Assembly (NCBI GenBank): GCA_000146045.2 | Contig: BK006942.2 | Location: 96,001 to 160,000, forward strand | Reading direction: 5' to 3' | Length of the DNA stretch: 64,000 nt | Source of the DNA: TPA_inf: Saccharomyces | Taxonomy: Eukaryota | Part shown: in pieces, positions 34,610 to 45,815 of the stretch | Position numbering within the stretch: the first letter of the stretch is position 1 | Layout: each line of letters opens with the position of its first letter | Made by a program: the position numbers and the translations under genes | Notes under the pieces: generated by a model | The model's input: the letters and a program-made list of their open reading frames with translations, nothing else | What the model was told of the DNA's origin: nothing | Databases searched by the model: none

Positions 34610-35665
34610 ATGAAGCAGGAGCCACATAGACAATCCGAAGAAAAAGAGAAGCCGAAAGGACCAATGGCTGTTGAACGAGAGCAGCATACCTCATTATCTT
34701 CTGGTACAACCGTGACAGCTAGTACAGGAGACGAGAGTACCAACAGTAGACCAGTGGAATCATCGCAAACAGAAAAGTCTCTATCGCTTCGAATAAGAAT
34801 ATTAAAACAACTTGGGTTTGACGATATTCAAGAACTAAATGCATGCGACACTGGCCTAGTGGAGCAATTTTTAAACGTACGATTGATAAACGACACAAAA
34901 GAACTAGAAAAGATACGCGAGTCAAATCTTGCGAAACTAAACCAGATTATTGATAAATGTATGGAAAGTGATAAAATAAGTGATTCGACATTAAACAAGA
35001 TTCTTGATATGTCCATGAATAGAGATACAAATAATGATAACAACAATCATCTTACGATACCGTCTCCGATAACGACAAAGAAACGCAAGATAAACGCCTC
35101 CGAACTTGCAAGTCCACGAGGCCATAGAAGATATAGATCTGATATACCTACAGTGTCAGAAGTTGAGACAGGGGTCGGATACCCTCAAATACACCAGCAA
35201 CCAGGCGCATATACTTTACCTATGCCTGCAAATCAGTGGATGAGCAACCCGTATATGCAACCTCCGCAACCACAAGTGCAACAGATAATGCCGCAGTATT
35301 TATATCCACCAGGGATGGGACCACAAGCTCAGCTTCCTACAATGAGCTCAAACTCGGAGTCCCAGACACCAGTGATGAGCTCACAGTTTCTTTCCTTGAA
35401 CCAGCATGGCCTTTACCAACAAAATATAGGTGCTCATCCGGTAATGAGTATGGGCCCACAGGCAAATATATACGGGCAGCAGCACCAGCTGCAACCTGGT
35501 CAGGAACGAGACCAGTCAAGAAAAAGTTTTAGTCATAGAAGGTCACAAAGTGCCAATATTTCCATGGCAAATTTTAGGTCGCCCATGCGAAATCCCCAGC
35601 CGGCTTCGTCCCAAAGGCCCGTCAATTTTCTCATTCATACACCAAAACATCCTCCTCCCACATGA
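34610..35665 (+). CDS. POG1: Transcriptional activator Pog1, 351 aa
   Basis: 351-aa Q/P-rich ORF preceded by a ~1-kb promoter; position matches YIL122W. Confidence 0.88.
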   Translation: MKQEPHRQSEEKEKPKGPMAVEREQHTSLSSGTTVTASTGDESTNSRPVESSQTEKSLSLRIRILKQLGFDDIQELNACDTGLVEQFLNVRLINDTKELEKIRESNLAKLNQIIDKCMESDKISDSTLNKILDMSMNRDTNNDNNNHLTIPSPITTKKRKINASELASPRGHRRYRSDIPTVSEVETGVGYPQIHQQPGAYTLPMPANQWMSNPYMQPPQPQVQQIMPQYLYPPGMGPQAQLPTMSSNSESQTPVMSSQFLSLNQHGLYQQNIGAHPVMSMGPQANIYGQQHQLQPGQERDQSRKSFSHRRSQSANISMANFRSPMRNPQPASSQRPVNFLIHTPKHPPPT

Positions 35666-36243
35666 CGTGCAGTAATTTTCATTTTTATCACCTAATTTCT
35701 AAAACTATATCCCTTCCTAACCTTCATTCGATGCATCCGTCCACCTTACTTCAGTTCAAAAAAAAATATATATCCATATATATGCTACAGTGTTATTATT
35801 ACGATTTCTTTGCCTTTACTCCTTATCTCATTTCAATCATGAATAAACAGGATATTGATAATATATGCTGTCATTTTGGATTCAGTCTGCTTAACTGTCT
35901 TGTCCACCCCCGGTGTTCTTACCCGTCTGAGCGGTCGTAAGACGGAGGTAATAATTTTTCAGCATCCTGACCTCCCCCCCAAATCTGTGCCTTTCACCAC
36001 ATTTTTCTCGAGAAAATGTGTCTTGGCTCAGATGATGTCGTATGAGCTACTGGACTTTTTTTTGTTGGCCCTGATGAAAATAGTAATGGCGGTTACAGAA
36101 CAGATAAACGGCGTCACCATCTTTTCCTAGATAAAGAAGCAATCTCTAGATAATGGGGTATATAAATATACATTGTAAAAACGGCAAGTCAGTTGCTGGT
36201 CATTTTAGTAGAAACTCTGCTCTCAAACTTGAGTACTGCAACG

Positions 36244-37872
36244 ATGGCAGGAGCAACATCAAGTATAATTCGGGAAAATGATTTTGAGGACGAGCTTGCG
36301 GAGAGTATGCAGTCATATAATAGAGAAACTGCAGACAAATTGGCTTTGACTAGGACCGAGAGTGTAAAGCCAGAACCGGAGATAACCGCTCCGCCTCACT
36401 CACGCTTTTCCCGTTCTTTCAAGACAGTTTTAATAGCTCAGTGCGCTTTCACTGGGTTTTTCTCCACAATAGCAGGTGCCATCTACTATCCAGTTCTGAG
36501 CGTTATAGAAAGAAAATTCGATATTGACGAGGAATTGGTGAATGTCACTGTTGTAGTATATTTTGTATTTCAGGGTCTTGCCCCCACATTCATGGGCGGG
36601 TTTGCCGATTCACTGGGCAGGAGACCGGTGGTGCTTGTCGCAATCGTCATTTATTTTGGTGCCTGCATCGGTCTTGCTTGTGCTCAAACGTATGCTCAGA
36701 TCATTGTGCTAAGATGTCTACAAGCCGCCGGTATTTCACCCGTGATTGCGATTAACAGCGGAATAATGGGAGATGTTACTACTAGAGCCGAGCGCGGCGG
36801 GTACGTTGGATATGTTGCTGGATTTCAAGTTCTAGGTTCTGCGTTCGGAGCCCTTATCGGTGCCGGATTATCATCTAGATGGGGATGGAGAGCCATCTTT
36901 TGGTTCTTAGCAATTGGATCTGGCATTTGCTTCCTAGCCTCGTTTTTAATTTTGCCAGAAACAAAGAGGAACATATCCGGGAATGGTTCTGTCACCCCAA
37001 AATCATACTTAAATAGAGCTCCCATTCTTGTTTTGCCAACAGTAAGAAAATCATTGCATTTGGATAATCCAGATTACGAAACATTGGAACTGCCCACGCA
37101 ACTAAATCTACTGGCGCCCTTCAAGATTTTGAAAGCTTATGAAATTTGTATACTTATGCTAGTCGCTGGATTACAATTTGCCATGTATACTACGCACCTT
37201 ACGGCGTTATCCACAGCTTTGAGTAAACAATATCACTTGACTGTTGCAAAGGTAGGATTATGCTACCTTCCCTCCGGTATCTGCACATTATGTAGTATTG
37301 TCATTGCTGGAAGATATTTGAATTGGAATTACAGGCGCAGATTAAAATATTACCAAAATTGGTTGGGCAAGAAGAGATCAAAGCTTTTAGAAGAACACGA
37401 CAACGACCTTAATTTGGTGCAACGTATCATAGAAAATGATCCCAAATACACCTTTAATATCTTCAAGGCGAGGTTGCAACCCGCATTTGTTACCTTGCTT
37501 TTAAGCAGTAGCGGATTTTGTGCGTACGGATGGTGCATTACTGTCAAAGCCCCTTTAGCGGCCGTTCTTTGCATGAGTGGATTTGCGTCGCTGTTTTCCA
37601 ATTGCATTTTGACTTTTTCAACAACTCTAATAGTTGATCTTTTTCCCACGAAGACATCTACGGCTACGGGATGTTTAAACCTTTTCAGATGCATTCTATC
37701 TGCTGTGTTTATAGCTGCATTGAGTAAAATGGTAGAAAAAATGAAATTCGGAGGTGTTTTTACATTTTTGGGGGCTTTAACCTCCTCGTCATCGATCCTC
37801 TTATTTATTCTCTTGAGAAAAGGTAAAGAATTAGCCTTTAAGAGGAAAAAGCAAGAACTGGGAGTAAATTAA
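36244..37872 (+). CDS. QDR2: MFS (DHA1) multidrug/cation transporter Qdr2, 542 aa
   Basis: 12-TM major facilitator with motif [11 protein letters not shown]. First ATG at 36244 ([12 protein letters not shown]...); the track start at 36193 is a TTG. Tandem paralogue of the next gene. Confidence 0.93.
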
Positions 37873-38416
37873 GAAGTAAAGCTTCTTGAATCAAAGGAAA
37901 ATGTTCCTTTTGATCGCTCCACTACCGAGAAAGAGGAATTGGTGTGATAAGTCTTCTCAAATAGAAAGTAATAGTAAGTATTTTTTTTTTTTTAATCTGA
38001 ACTCTGTAATAACTAAAATTAGAGTTAGCAGCACGATTCACTAACATAGAACGGCTAGTACTGAGTTTTGCCTTTATTATTCTCCGCCATTTTTTGCCAA
38101 GGCCGAAAATATGCTGGAGGTGCGAAATTCGGAGATTCGGGTTTCATGTTTCTGGCCCGGTTGTTAACGGACCCTTTATCTCATCTTCTGATCTTGGAGT
38201 TTCTTCTAGTTGATAAAACCATGGTGAAGCTGAAAGGTTTGAAGAATCTCTATCACTGTAGCAAAAAAATCTTCTTACAACAAAAAAAGTAAGCAAGCAA
38301 TCAGCGTTCAAAGGAACTTATTCTTGCTTAAAAAAAGTGATAATCTCTTAGCACTACCATCTTCTATTAATAAAAAAATAACAGATAGCTCATGAAGAGA
38401 CTTCTATAAGTAAATC

Positions 38417-40108
38417 ATGACCAAACAACAAACTTCTGTAATGCGTAACGCATCTATAGCCAAGGAAGAACGTGAAGGATCTGATAATAATAATGTGGAC
38501 AGATCCAGCTCAGATGCCATCAGTGACAACGACGCAGAAAGATCTAATTCTCATTCTGAAATAGATAACGAATCAAATTTTGATATGGTGCCTTATTCAA
38601 GGTTCAGCCATAAGCAAAAAATGCTTCTTGTCGTTCAGTGTGCCTTCACAGGCTTTTTTTCAACCGTGGCAGGGTCTATCTACTATCCAGTGCTTACTAT
38701 TATTGAGAGGAAATTTAACATCACAGAAGAGTTAGCTAATGTCACTATTGTGGTTTATTTTATTTTCCAAGGGGTGGCTCCTTCAATTATGGGTGGTTTA
38801 GCTGATACATTTGGAAGGCGGCCTATTGTATTATGGGCAATCTTAGCCTACTTCTGTGCCTGCATCGGACTGGCATGTGCACATAATTACGCCCAAATCC
38901 TGGCTTTAAGGTGTTTACAGGCAGCAGGTATTTCTCCTGTTATTGCAATAAATAGCGGAATAATGGGAGATGTAACGACAAAAGTAGAGAGGGGTGGATA
39001 TGTTGGATTGGTTGCAGGGTTCCAAGTTGTTGGAACTGCATTCGGTGCATTGATTGGTGCCGGATTATCCTCGAAATGGGGTTGGAGGGCAATTTTTTGG
39101 TTTTTGGCTATTGGTTCCGGAATTTGTCTAGTTTTTTCAACCTTATTGATGCCAGAGACAAAAAGAACTTTGGTGGGAAACGGCTCCGTAACACCAAGGT
39201 CATTTTTGAATAGGTCTTTGATATTGCATGTTGGTTCCGTAAAAAAAACATTACATTTAGACGATCCTGACCCTGAGACCTTAGAACCACGTACTAGCGT
39301 GGATTTTTTAGCACCTTTAAAAATTTTGCACATACGAGAAATAGACATTTTATTGTCCATTGCCGGCCTGCAATTTTCCACGTGGACCACTCATCAAACA
39401 GCCTTAACAATTGTATTGAGTAAAAAGTACAATCTATCTGTTGCAAAAATAGGCCTGTGCTTTTTACCTGCAGGAATCTCGACACTGACAAGTATTATCT
39501 CTGCTGGTCGGTACTTAAATTGGAGCTACAGAACAAGAAAGGTTAAATACAACAGATGGATTAAAGAACAAGAATTACAGCTGATGGAGAAATATAAAGG
39601 TGATAAAAACAAGGTAGCAGAACTTATTCACTCTAATTCTCATTATGCATTCAATTTAGTGGAGGCAAGGTTGCATCCAGCATTTGTGACACTTCTTCTC
39701 AGTAGCATTGGCTTTACTGCCTTTGGATGGTGTATTTCGGTGAAAACACCGCTTGCTGCTGTATTATGCACAAGTGCATTTGCAAGTTTATTTTCAAACT
39801 GTATTTTGACCTTCTCTACTACTTTGATAGTAGATCTCTTTCCGTCTAAGGCTTCTACCGCAACAGGTTGCTTAAATTTATTTAGATGTCTCCTATCCGC
39901 AATTTTCATTGCAGCACTGACCAAGATGGTCGAGAAGATGAGATATGGAGGTGTTTTTACGTTTTTGAGTGCTATAACTTCATCTTCATCGCTTTTATTA
40001 TTCTATCTCCTGAAGAATGGGAAACAACTATCGTTCGATAGGATTAGGGCAAATGATAAGTCGGCTGGAAGGTCAGTTGGTAAAAATTCAGAAAAAGTTT
40101 CGACGTGA
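38417..40108 (+). CDS. QDR1: MFS (DHA1) multidrug transporter Qdr1, 563 aa
   Basis: Paralogue of QDR2 (roughly 70% identical through the TM core, [11 protein letters not shown]). 563 aa. Confidence 0.93.
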   Translation: MTKQQTSVMRNASIAKEEREGSDNNNVDRSSSDAISDNDAERSNSHSEIDNESNFDMVPYSRFSHKQKMLLVVQCAFTGFFSTVAGSIYYPVLTIIERKFNITEELANVTIVVYFIFQGVAPSIMGGLADTFGRRPIVLWAILAYFCACIGLACAHNYAQILALRCLQAAGISPVIAINSGIMGDVTTKVERGGYVGLVAGFQVVGTAFGALIGAGLSSKWGWRAIFWFLAIGSGICLVFSTLLMPETKRTLVGNGSVTPRSFLNRSLILHVGSVKKTLHLDDPDPETLEPRTSVDFLAPLKILHIREIDILLSIAGLQFSTWTTHQTALTIVLSKKYNLSVAKIGLCFLPAGISTLTSIISAGRYLNWSYRTRKVKYNRWIKEQELQLMEKYKGDKNKVAELIHSNSHYAFNLVEARLHPAFVTLLLSSIGFTAFGWCISVKTPLAAVLCTSAFASLFSNCILTFSTTLIVDLFPSKASTATGCLNLFRCLLSAIFIAALTKMVEKMRYGGVFTFLSAITSSSSLLLFYLLKNGKQLSFDRIRANDKSAGRSVGKNSEKVST

Positions 40109-40653
40109 AGAAAAAAAGTCGTAAAACTAAAAAGTCTCTGCCCCCACTTTCCAGAAACAGATATCTATATTTTATAACAAAGACGTACGGCATCATTTAA
40201 AGTATCTAAAATTTCTTTGAAGAGATCACATAAAAAATTTTCACCTTCTTTTTCTCTTTTTGGCTGTCCAAGTAAACAAAACATAAACTGCTTCAACCAA
40301 AGATAAAACTTGAGAAAATCCAAAATGAACAATAAGGACATTTCTTGGTGACAGATTCGTTAAGTTTCATTATTTTTTTCACTTATTTTATAGAAAAAAA
40401 TCGGATGTTGAATGGGCATAAATATAAATGTATATATAAGTAATATTGTCTTGTTTCCCTGGAGAAGTAAATGAAAAATGAAATAGCATACAAAACAGAC
40501 ATAAAATTTAAAACAGAAATGAAATGAGCATTTAAAATTAATTAAAAGGTGAAACGACGAATTGAAAATTATTGATGAGGGTGAAGGGAAACAGGGAATG
40601 TGCTAGAATTAAAGGGGTAGAAAATTTATGGTGGAGACTTCCCGATACATACT

Positions 40654-41877
40654 TTAATGTTGTTGCATAAAATTTTCTGAGTCTGAAGTTGACATATTAT
40701 GCAACGGTTTATTTTGTTGGTAAAATTTATGGTTTAATTGCTTAACTTCATTTTTTAAGCAGTTTACTTGTTCCTTTAAATTTTCAATAGTGTTAAACAT
40801 TGTTTGCCACATGTATATGACATCTGTAGAGAAAACTGGGGAAATTTGTTCTTGTTGTGCATCGCGCGGTAGCTGTATAGGCATTGTTTGCTGGAAAAAT
40901 GGCGATGGTGGAGTTTGCAGGATTAGATTGTCTGCCGGTGCTGATGACAAAAGGGAAAATTGAGCCGGGCTAATGAAGGATGGTTCTCCTTTGGTATCCA
41001 AAGCTGGCAAAGATTCTAATTTATCGAGGTTGATACTTGACTGAATATGCTCTGGTGTACTAAAAACATTAGTACTATGATTACTATTCCTATTAATATT
41101 ATTGCTATTATTATTGTTGCTATTGTTACTATTGTTAATATTATTATTGTTATTGTTACAATTATTATAATAATGGTTATTAATATTATCATTAGTACCA
41201 TTCTTGTTCGGCTTCAATGTTTTTTGCGACTTGAGTATAATGTTTCCGTTTACAAAACTAAAAGTGTTTTGTAACTGCACTAGCAAATACTGCATTCTAG
41301 ATAATTTTGACGGATCAAAATTTAAGTTTGAGCCTGCCTCTTGTTTTGATTTTTTTTTCTTTTGCTTGGATTTCTTTGATGGATGCACTTTCAAAGACTT
41401 TGTGTATAAGACTTTAAATCTATCATGACATTGACGAGAGTTTCTCTCGTACCCATATTGTTGGAATAGGATTTTTGAAATTTTTTTCCAAAAATTCTTC
41501 ATAGGCTTGAAATATTCTACGAATGTTAGTAATTGAGAATTATTCATTATTGTAGTAATGAATGCTATATCCTCAGGCTCTTTCCATTTTTTCCTTATCT
41601 GTCTTGCAGACGAGGAGGATGAATTAGAGTTGTTTAGCTCATTTTCGTCAATAGAGCCTGAGTTGGAGTTGGAGTTCGAATTAGAATTGGAGTTCGAATT
41701 CGAATTTGAACTGGAAATTATTCTTGGAGTAACTAAAGAGCAGTCCGAACCCGTTTCTTCATTAAAATTTGAAGTAATGGGTGTGTTTAAATTTGGTGAA
41801 TAATCAGGGAAATTTTTGCTTATAGTGCTAGACTCATCCATTAGGTTCAACTTCGGTTGAAGATATTCCAAGTACAT
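40654..41877 (-). CDS. RPI1: Ras inhibitor / transcriptional regulator Rpi1, 407 aa, with (Ser-Asn)9 and poly-Asn tracts
   Basis: 407-aa ORF with low-complexity SNSNSNSNSNSNSNSNSNS and N-rich tracts; position matches YIL119C. Confidence 0.9.
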   Translation of the reverse strand: MYLEYLQPKLNLMDESSTISKNFPDYSPNLNTPITSNFNEETGSDCSLVTPRIISSSNSNSNSNSNSNSNSNSGSIDENELNNSNSSSSSARQIRKKWKEPEDIAFITTIMNNSQLLTFVEYFKPMKNFWKKISKILFQQYGYERNSRQCHDRFKVLYTKSLKVHPSKKSKQKKKKSKQEAGSNLNFDPSKLSRMQYLLVQLQNTFSFVNGNIILKSQKTLKPNKNGTNDNINNHYYNNCNNNNNNINNSNNSNNNNSNNINRNSNHSTNVFSTPEHIQSSINLDKLESLPALDTKGEPSFISPAQFSLLSSAPADNLILQTPPSPFFQQTMPIQLPRDAQQEQISPVFSTDVIYMWQTMFNTIENLKEQVNCLKNEVKQLNHKFYQQNKPLHNMSTSDSENFMQQH

Positions 41878-42429
41878 TTTATAAATATCAGTAATAAAAT
41901 GATGAGAAAAAAAAAAAAAGACTTAAAAAAAAGGACTGAGAAATAGTTAAACGAATACGATAATATGATATACTACCATGAACTGTAGTCTGGATAACCA
42001 AACGGAAAAAAAGGAAATACAAAAAAAGTCAGATTGTAAGGAAAAAAAAAGAGTAGTTTCAGTATTACGAAAACTATTAGATCTTTCTTTAATTTGAACA
42101 AGAAAACAAGACTATAAAAAAAAATACTCTTTAGGATGCAGACATAAAAGAACAATACGACCGTCCCTTATTTATATATAGTCCATAGAAATAATCTCAA
42201 CCAATATAATATGCAAGAAAATAACGAAGTAAGGAACAAGCACAATGGTACGCCCGGTCTTGAAAAAGTTTAAAACAGTACTCGACCCTAGGCGCTAGGG
42301 TGGGTGACGCATTTTAACTTTGCAACAGAATGCCATATGCGGTGTTAACCTCACAAGATCGGCTCTACTATCTGCAAGCTGCGGCAAATACCAGAGAAAA
42401 TTCCATTCCCGTCGACAAAATTTAACCGA

Positions 42430-42443
42430 CCCCCCCCCCCCCC
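42430..42443. repeat. C14 mononucleotide homopolymer in the RPI1–RHO3 intergenic region
   Basis: An uninterrupted run of 14 C residues is visible in the sequence. G/C homopolymers of this length are rare in yeast. Confidence 0.95.
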
Positions 42444-43211
42444 AATTTACGTTTATCAGCTAATCCAAATGTGGAAGGGCAACATTCTCGACGACTCCTT
42501 TTTCCGTAATTTAAGTTTGCCCAGGCAAAATCTTATACTTGTTTTCGTAAGAGAAAGATGCGCAGATCCTTTAAGGTTACCTTCAAGCAAATCCAGAAGC
42601 ACAAATGGCAGGGGAGAAAAGACATGAAGCAGGAGTAGTCAACCGCAAAAACCCCCGCGGGCTTGTTGTTCTGCACATTTTTGATGTGTTTGTTCCTAAG
42701 ACAAAGTCCTAACTTAGGGTAGTAAGTGACTATATTCTGCACGCTCTTAAAGCAGCCACCTCGTTTAATTTTGCATGCTTATATAAGCTTATAAACGAAG
42801 TACCTGAGGACCTGCATCGGCCGGCCCATGTGAAAAGGAAGTATTTACTTTTTCTTCTTCTTTACTATGGAAATAGCTGGAATCCGACTATGCATATGCG
42901 TAAGAAAAGAAAATGAAGGAGTTTTCACAGGAAAGCACACTTGCATACTGGGCACAAGTGAGGAGAGGGGCCTGTAATGCTTCTGTGTTTAAAAGACTCC
43001 GAAATTAGTCAACGCAGATTTGCAGATGCACGCAAGAATACATAATCAATCACAGTAAGCACATCTCCCCAAGGAAAGAGTAAATGCCTTCGAGCCAGCA
43101 TTGTGGTCATGCGAGATGTCTAAGAAAAATACTTCGATAAGCACGAGGAAATGTAATATGTCTATCTACCTTATTTTTTTTACAATAAACATATAATAAA
43201 TCCCTTATCTG

Positions 43212-43220
43212 GTCACGTGA
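43212..43220. promoter_or_regulatory. Palindromic Cbf1-type E-box GTCACGTGA about 535 bp upstream of RHO3
   Basis: Exact RTCACRTGA consensus, visible in the sequence. Confidence 0.4.
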
Positions 43221-43751
43221 ATTAAACTTCGGGTGTGTTGTAAGAATGGAAGGAGTAAGCGAAACTCAAATTGAGGCCACTTACCACTTCCGGTCGAGCC
43301 CGGCCCAGAACCAGTCGTCGGCCAACTTTTTTCTTGGAACAGCGTTACCGCACCTACGCGAGAAATAGTAGATTATAGATAAGAAATACAAGGAGAGGGG
43401 TGTGGATGAGCTTTTTTACAAAATAGTGTAAGGCGTCCGGGAAACCCCAAGAACGTTTTTTGACATCCACTAACAGGATTACCCGTCATAGATATACTGG
43501 TGCCATTACCCGTTAATGGCATCTTGTATATTTCTTTTATCTTTCTTAACATTCCTGAAAATTGGTAAACAGTAAAAAGAAAAGAAAAAGAAAGAAAAAA
43601 CATGTATTATTTTGAATTTACTGGAAAATAGGCAACCATTGATTTTCGTTTTTTTATCGTTCTCATCTCTAGCTCTGGTCAGCATTTTTTACTTTATAAC
43701 AACAAGTTTTTCATTAAAATCCATAGTAGCACAAGGTAAAGGGAAACAAAC

Positions 43752-44447
43752 ATGTCATTTCTATGTGGGTCAGCTTCAACGTCAAATAAACCGATCGAAA
43801 GAAAGATCGTTATTTTGGGCGACGGTGCCTGTGGTAAAACTTCGTTGCTGAATGTTTTCACCAGAGGTTATTTTCCCGAAGTTTATGAGCCTACTGTTTT
43901 TGAAAACTATATCCATGATATTTTCGTTGACAGTAAACATATCACGCTATCGTTGTGGGATACTGCGGGCCAAGAGGAATTTGACAGGTTACGATCCTTG
44001 TCTTATTCAGATACGCAATGTATAATGTTATGTTTCAGTATTGATTCACGCGATTCTTTAGAAAATGTCCAAAATAAATGGGTGGGTGAAATCACTGATC
44101 ATTGTGAAGGCGTCAAGTTAGTCTTAGTTGCACTAAAGTGTGACTTAAGAAACAATGAAAATGAATCTAACGCAATCACACCGAACAATATCCAACAGGA
44201 TAACAGCGTTTCTAACGACAACGGAAATAACATAAATAGCACCTCAAACGGCAAAAACCTGATAAGTTATGAAGAAGGTCTAGCTATGGCTAAAAAGATC
44301 GGTGCGCTACGTTATTTGGAATGTAGCGCTAAGCTGAATAAAGGTGTCAACGAAGCTTTCACAGAAGCCGCAAGAGTTGCTTTAACCGCGGGCCCAGTAG
44401 CAACCGAAGTGAAAAGTGACAGTGGATCCAGCTGTACCATTATGTAA
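43752..44447 (+). CDS. RHO3: Rho-family GTPase Rho3, 231 aa
   Basis: G1 box GDGACGKT, G3 box DTAGQE, C-terminal CaaX box CTIM. 231 aa. Confidence 0.96.
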   Translation: MSFLCGSASTSNKPIERKIVILGDGACGKTSLLNVFTRGYFPEVYEPTVFENYIHDIFVDSKHITLSLWDTAGQEEFDRLRSLSYSDTQCIMLCFSIDSRDSLENVQNKWVGEITDHCEGVKLVLVALKCDLRNNENESNAITPNNIQQDNSVSNDNGNNINSTSNGKNLISYEEGLAMAKKIGALRYLECSAKLNKGVNEAFTEAARVALTAGPVATEVKSDSGSSCTIM

Positions 44448-44612
44448 TATAATAAGACACGGACGCACACACAAAAGAATAGAACCCAAAAAGAGAGACT
44501 AAACAAATAATATAATAAGTTATAGAAGTTAATAATACTCCTACTATTTTATATTTTTTATGTAATTACTACCACTGCTTAAAAAAAATATTGCAAAATA
44601 TCATAAAAGTTT

Positions 44613-45569
44613 TTACTCATCCTGTTCTTTCCCCTCCAGCATGTGCTCGAGATAAGTCGAAGGTGTAGGTTTTCTTTTGGACTGTACGACCAACAAATTA
44701 CCCTTACTATGGTTACGATTTACGCTACCATCACTTTCTGGTGAATTAAGCAGCTTTCGACTTGGTGAAGATGCAATTTTTGCGGGTTTCCTTATGTCTT
44801 CACCCACCTCCTTTTCATTACCGTTATCGAGCGACGATGCGGATGATGAAGAGATTGTAGACACCAGAGAATTTGTAGATACATTATCACTTGTCATAAT
44901 CACAGGTTTCTGTAATAATCTAGGGCTTTCTTGGTAAAGTTTAGATAGCCTTGTTTTGTATAAGATATCACCTGTTGGTGAAATGAAAAGTGAATTTCTG
45001 TTGGATTCGGATGCAAGAGAGAATAGCGGCCTTTCGAAATTACTTAAGAATGGTTTTTCATTATTAGTATGAGATACAAGTGCATCTTTCACCGATTCAT
45101 CCTTATTTCCGGGACTAATATCGGACTCGCTGATATGGACCTGATCTTGGAAATTTTCTTTGGCGGGATAATCCATATATGGGGAATCGCCGTAAAACTG
45201 GGTATGTTGTGTGGAAAACATCTTTGATTCGTAGTCCTGAACACTTCTGGTCAACCTATGCGAAGAATAAGTTGTTATTACCCACCATAGCAATATTGCC
45301 AAAAAAATCACTCCCGCGATTCCCCCCACTACAATGAAAACTGTTCCATTAGGCATATCCCCGGAATCCAAAATATAAGGATTACCATTTCTAGAGGGAG
45401 GAGTAATACTTGGTATAATAGAAGAGGATGTAGAGTTGGACAAAAGTGGTAAAGAAGATGAAGAAGAAGCAACAGATGTTATCGTACTACTTGAACTGGC
45501 AGTTGTTGTCGAAGAAGTGGAAGTGGTTAATTTTGGAAGGCCTCTCTTGGCAATGGTGATTACTGTCAT
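44613..45569 (-). CDS. PRM5: Pheromone-regulated single-pass membrane protein Prm5, 318 aa
   Basis: Ser/Thr-rich N-terminus, one TM helix (VFIVVGGIAGVIFLAILLWWVI). 318 aa. Matches YIL117C. Confidence 0.9.
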   Translation of the reverse strand: MTVITIAKRGLPKLTTSTSSTTTASSSSTITSVASSSSSLPLLSNSTSSSIIPSITPPSRNGNPYILDSGDMPNGTVFIVVGGIAGVIFLAILLWWVITTYSSHRLTRSVQDYESKMFSTQHTQFYGDSPYMDYPAKENFQDQVHISESDISPGNKDESVKDALVSHTNNEKPFLSNFERPLFSLASESNRNSLFISPTGDILYKTRLSKLYQESPRLLQKPVIMTSDNVSTNSLVSTISSSSASSLDNGNEKEVGEDIRKPAKIASSPSRKLLNSPESDGSVNRNHSKGNLLVVQSKRKPTPSTYLEHMLEGKEQDE

Positions 45570-45808
45570 TCTTGCGTTTTGAGTGTCAATTTATTCTATT
45601 TTCAACGACCTTTTAAAGTAATAATGAGTGCTCTTGACTTAACTCTAATGCTATAACTGTTTCTTTGCACCGATGCGTTCCTTTGAATGATCTCAGGTAA
45701 TATATTAAATATTTTTCAAATGTCTTTACCACATTCTTCAGTAATACATTTTCTCTCTAATTTTTCATTTTCCATTTTCCATTTTATTTTTAGAACGTGT
45801 GACAAAGT

Positions 45809-45815
45809 TGTTTCA
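45809..45815 (-). promoter_or_regulatory. Pheromone response element TGAAACA about 245 bp upstream of PRM5
   Basis: TGTTTCA on the plus strand is TGAAACA (Ste12 PRE) on the gene strand. Confidence 0.3.

Noticed and set aside
36825-39924. Similar antisense ORFs in both QDR2 and QDR1 (36825..37025, 37350..37694, 38887..39390, 39643..39924) that could look like conserved overlapping genes.
   Set aside because: The similarity is a by-product of the QDR2/QDR1 duplication. The sense strand encodes a canonical 12-TM MFS transporter.
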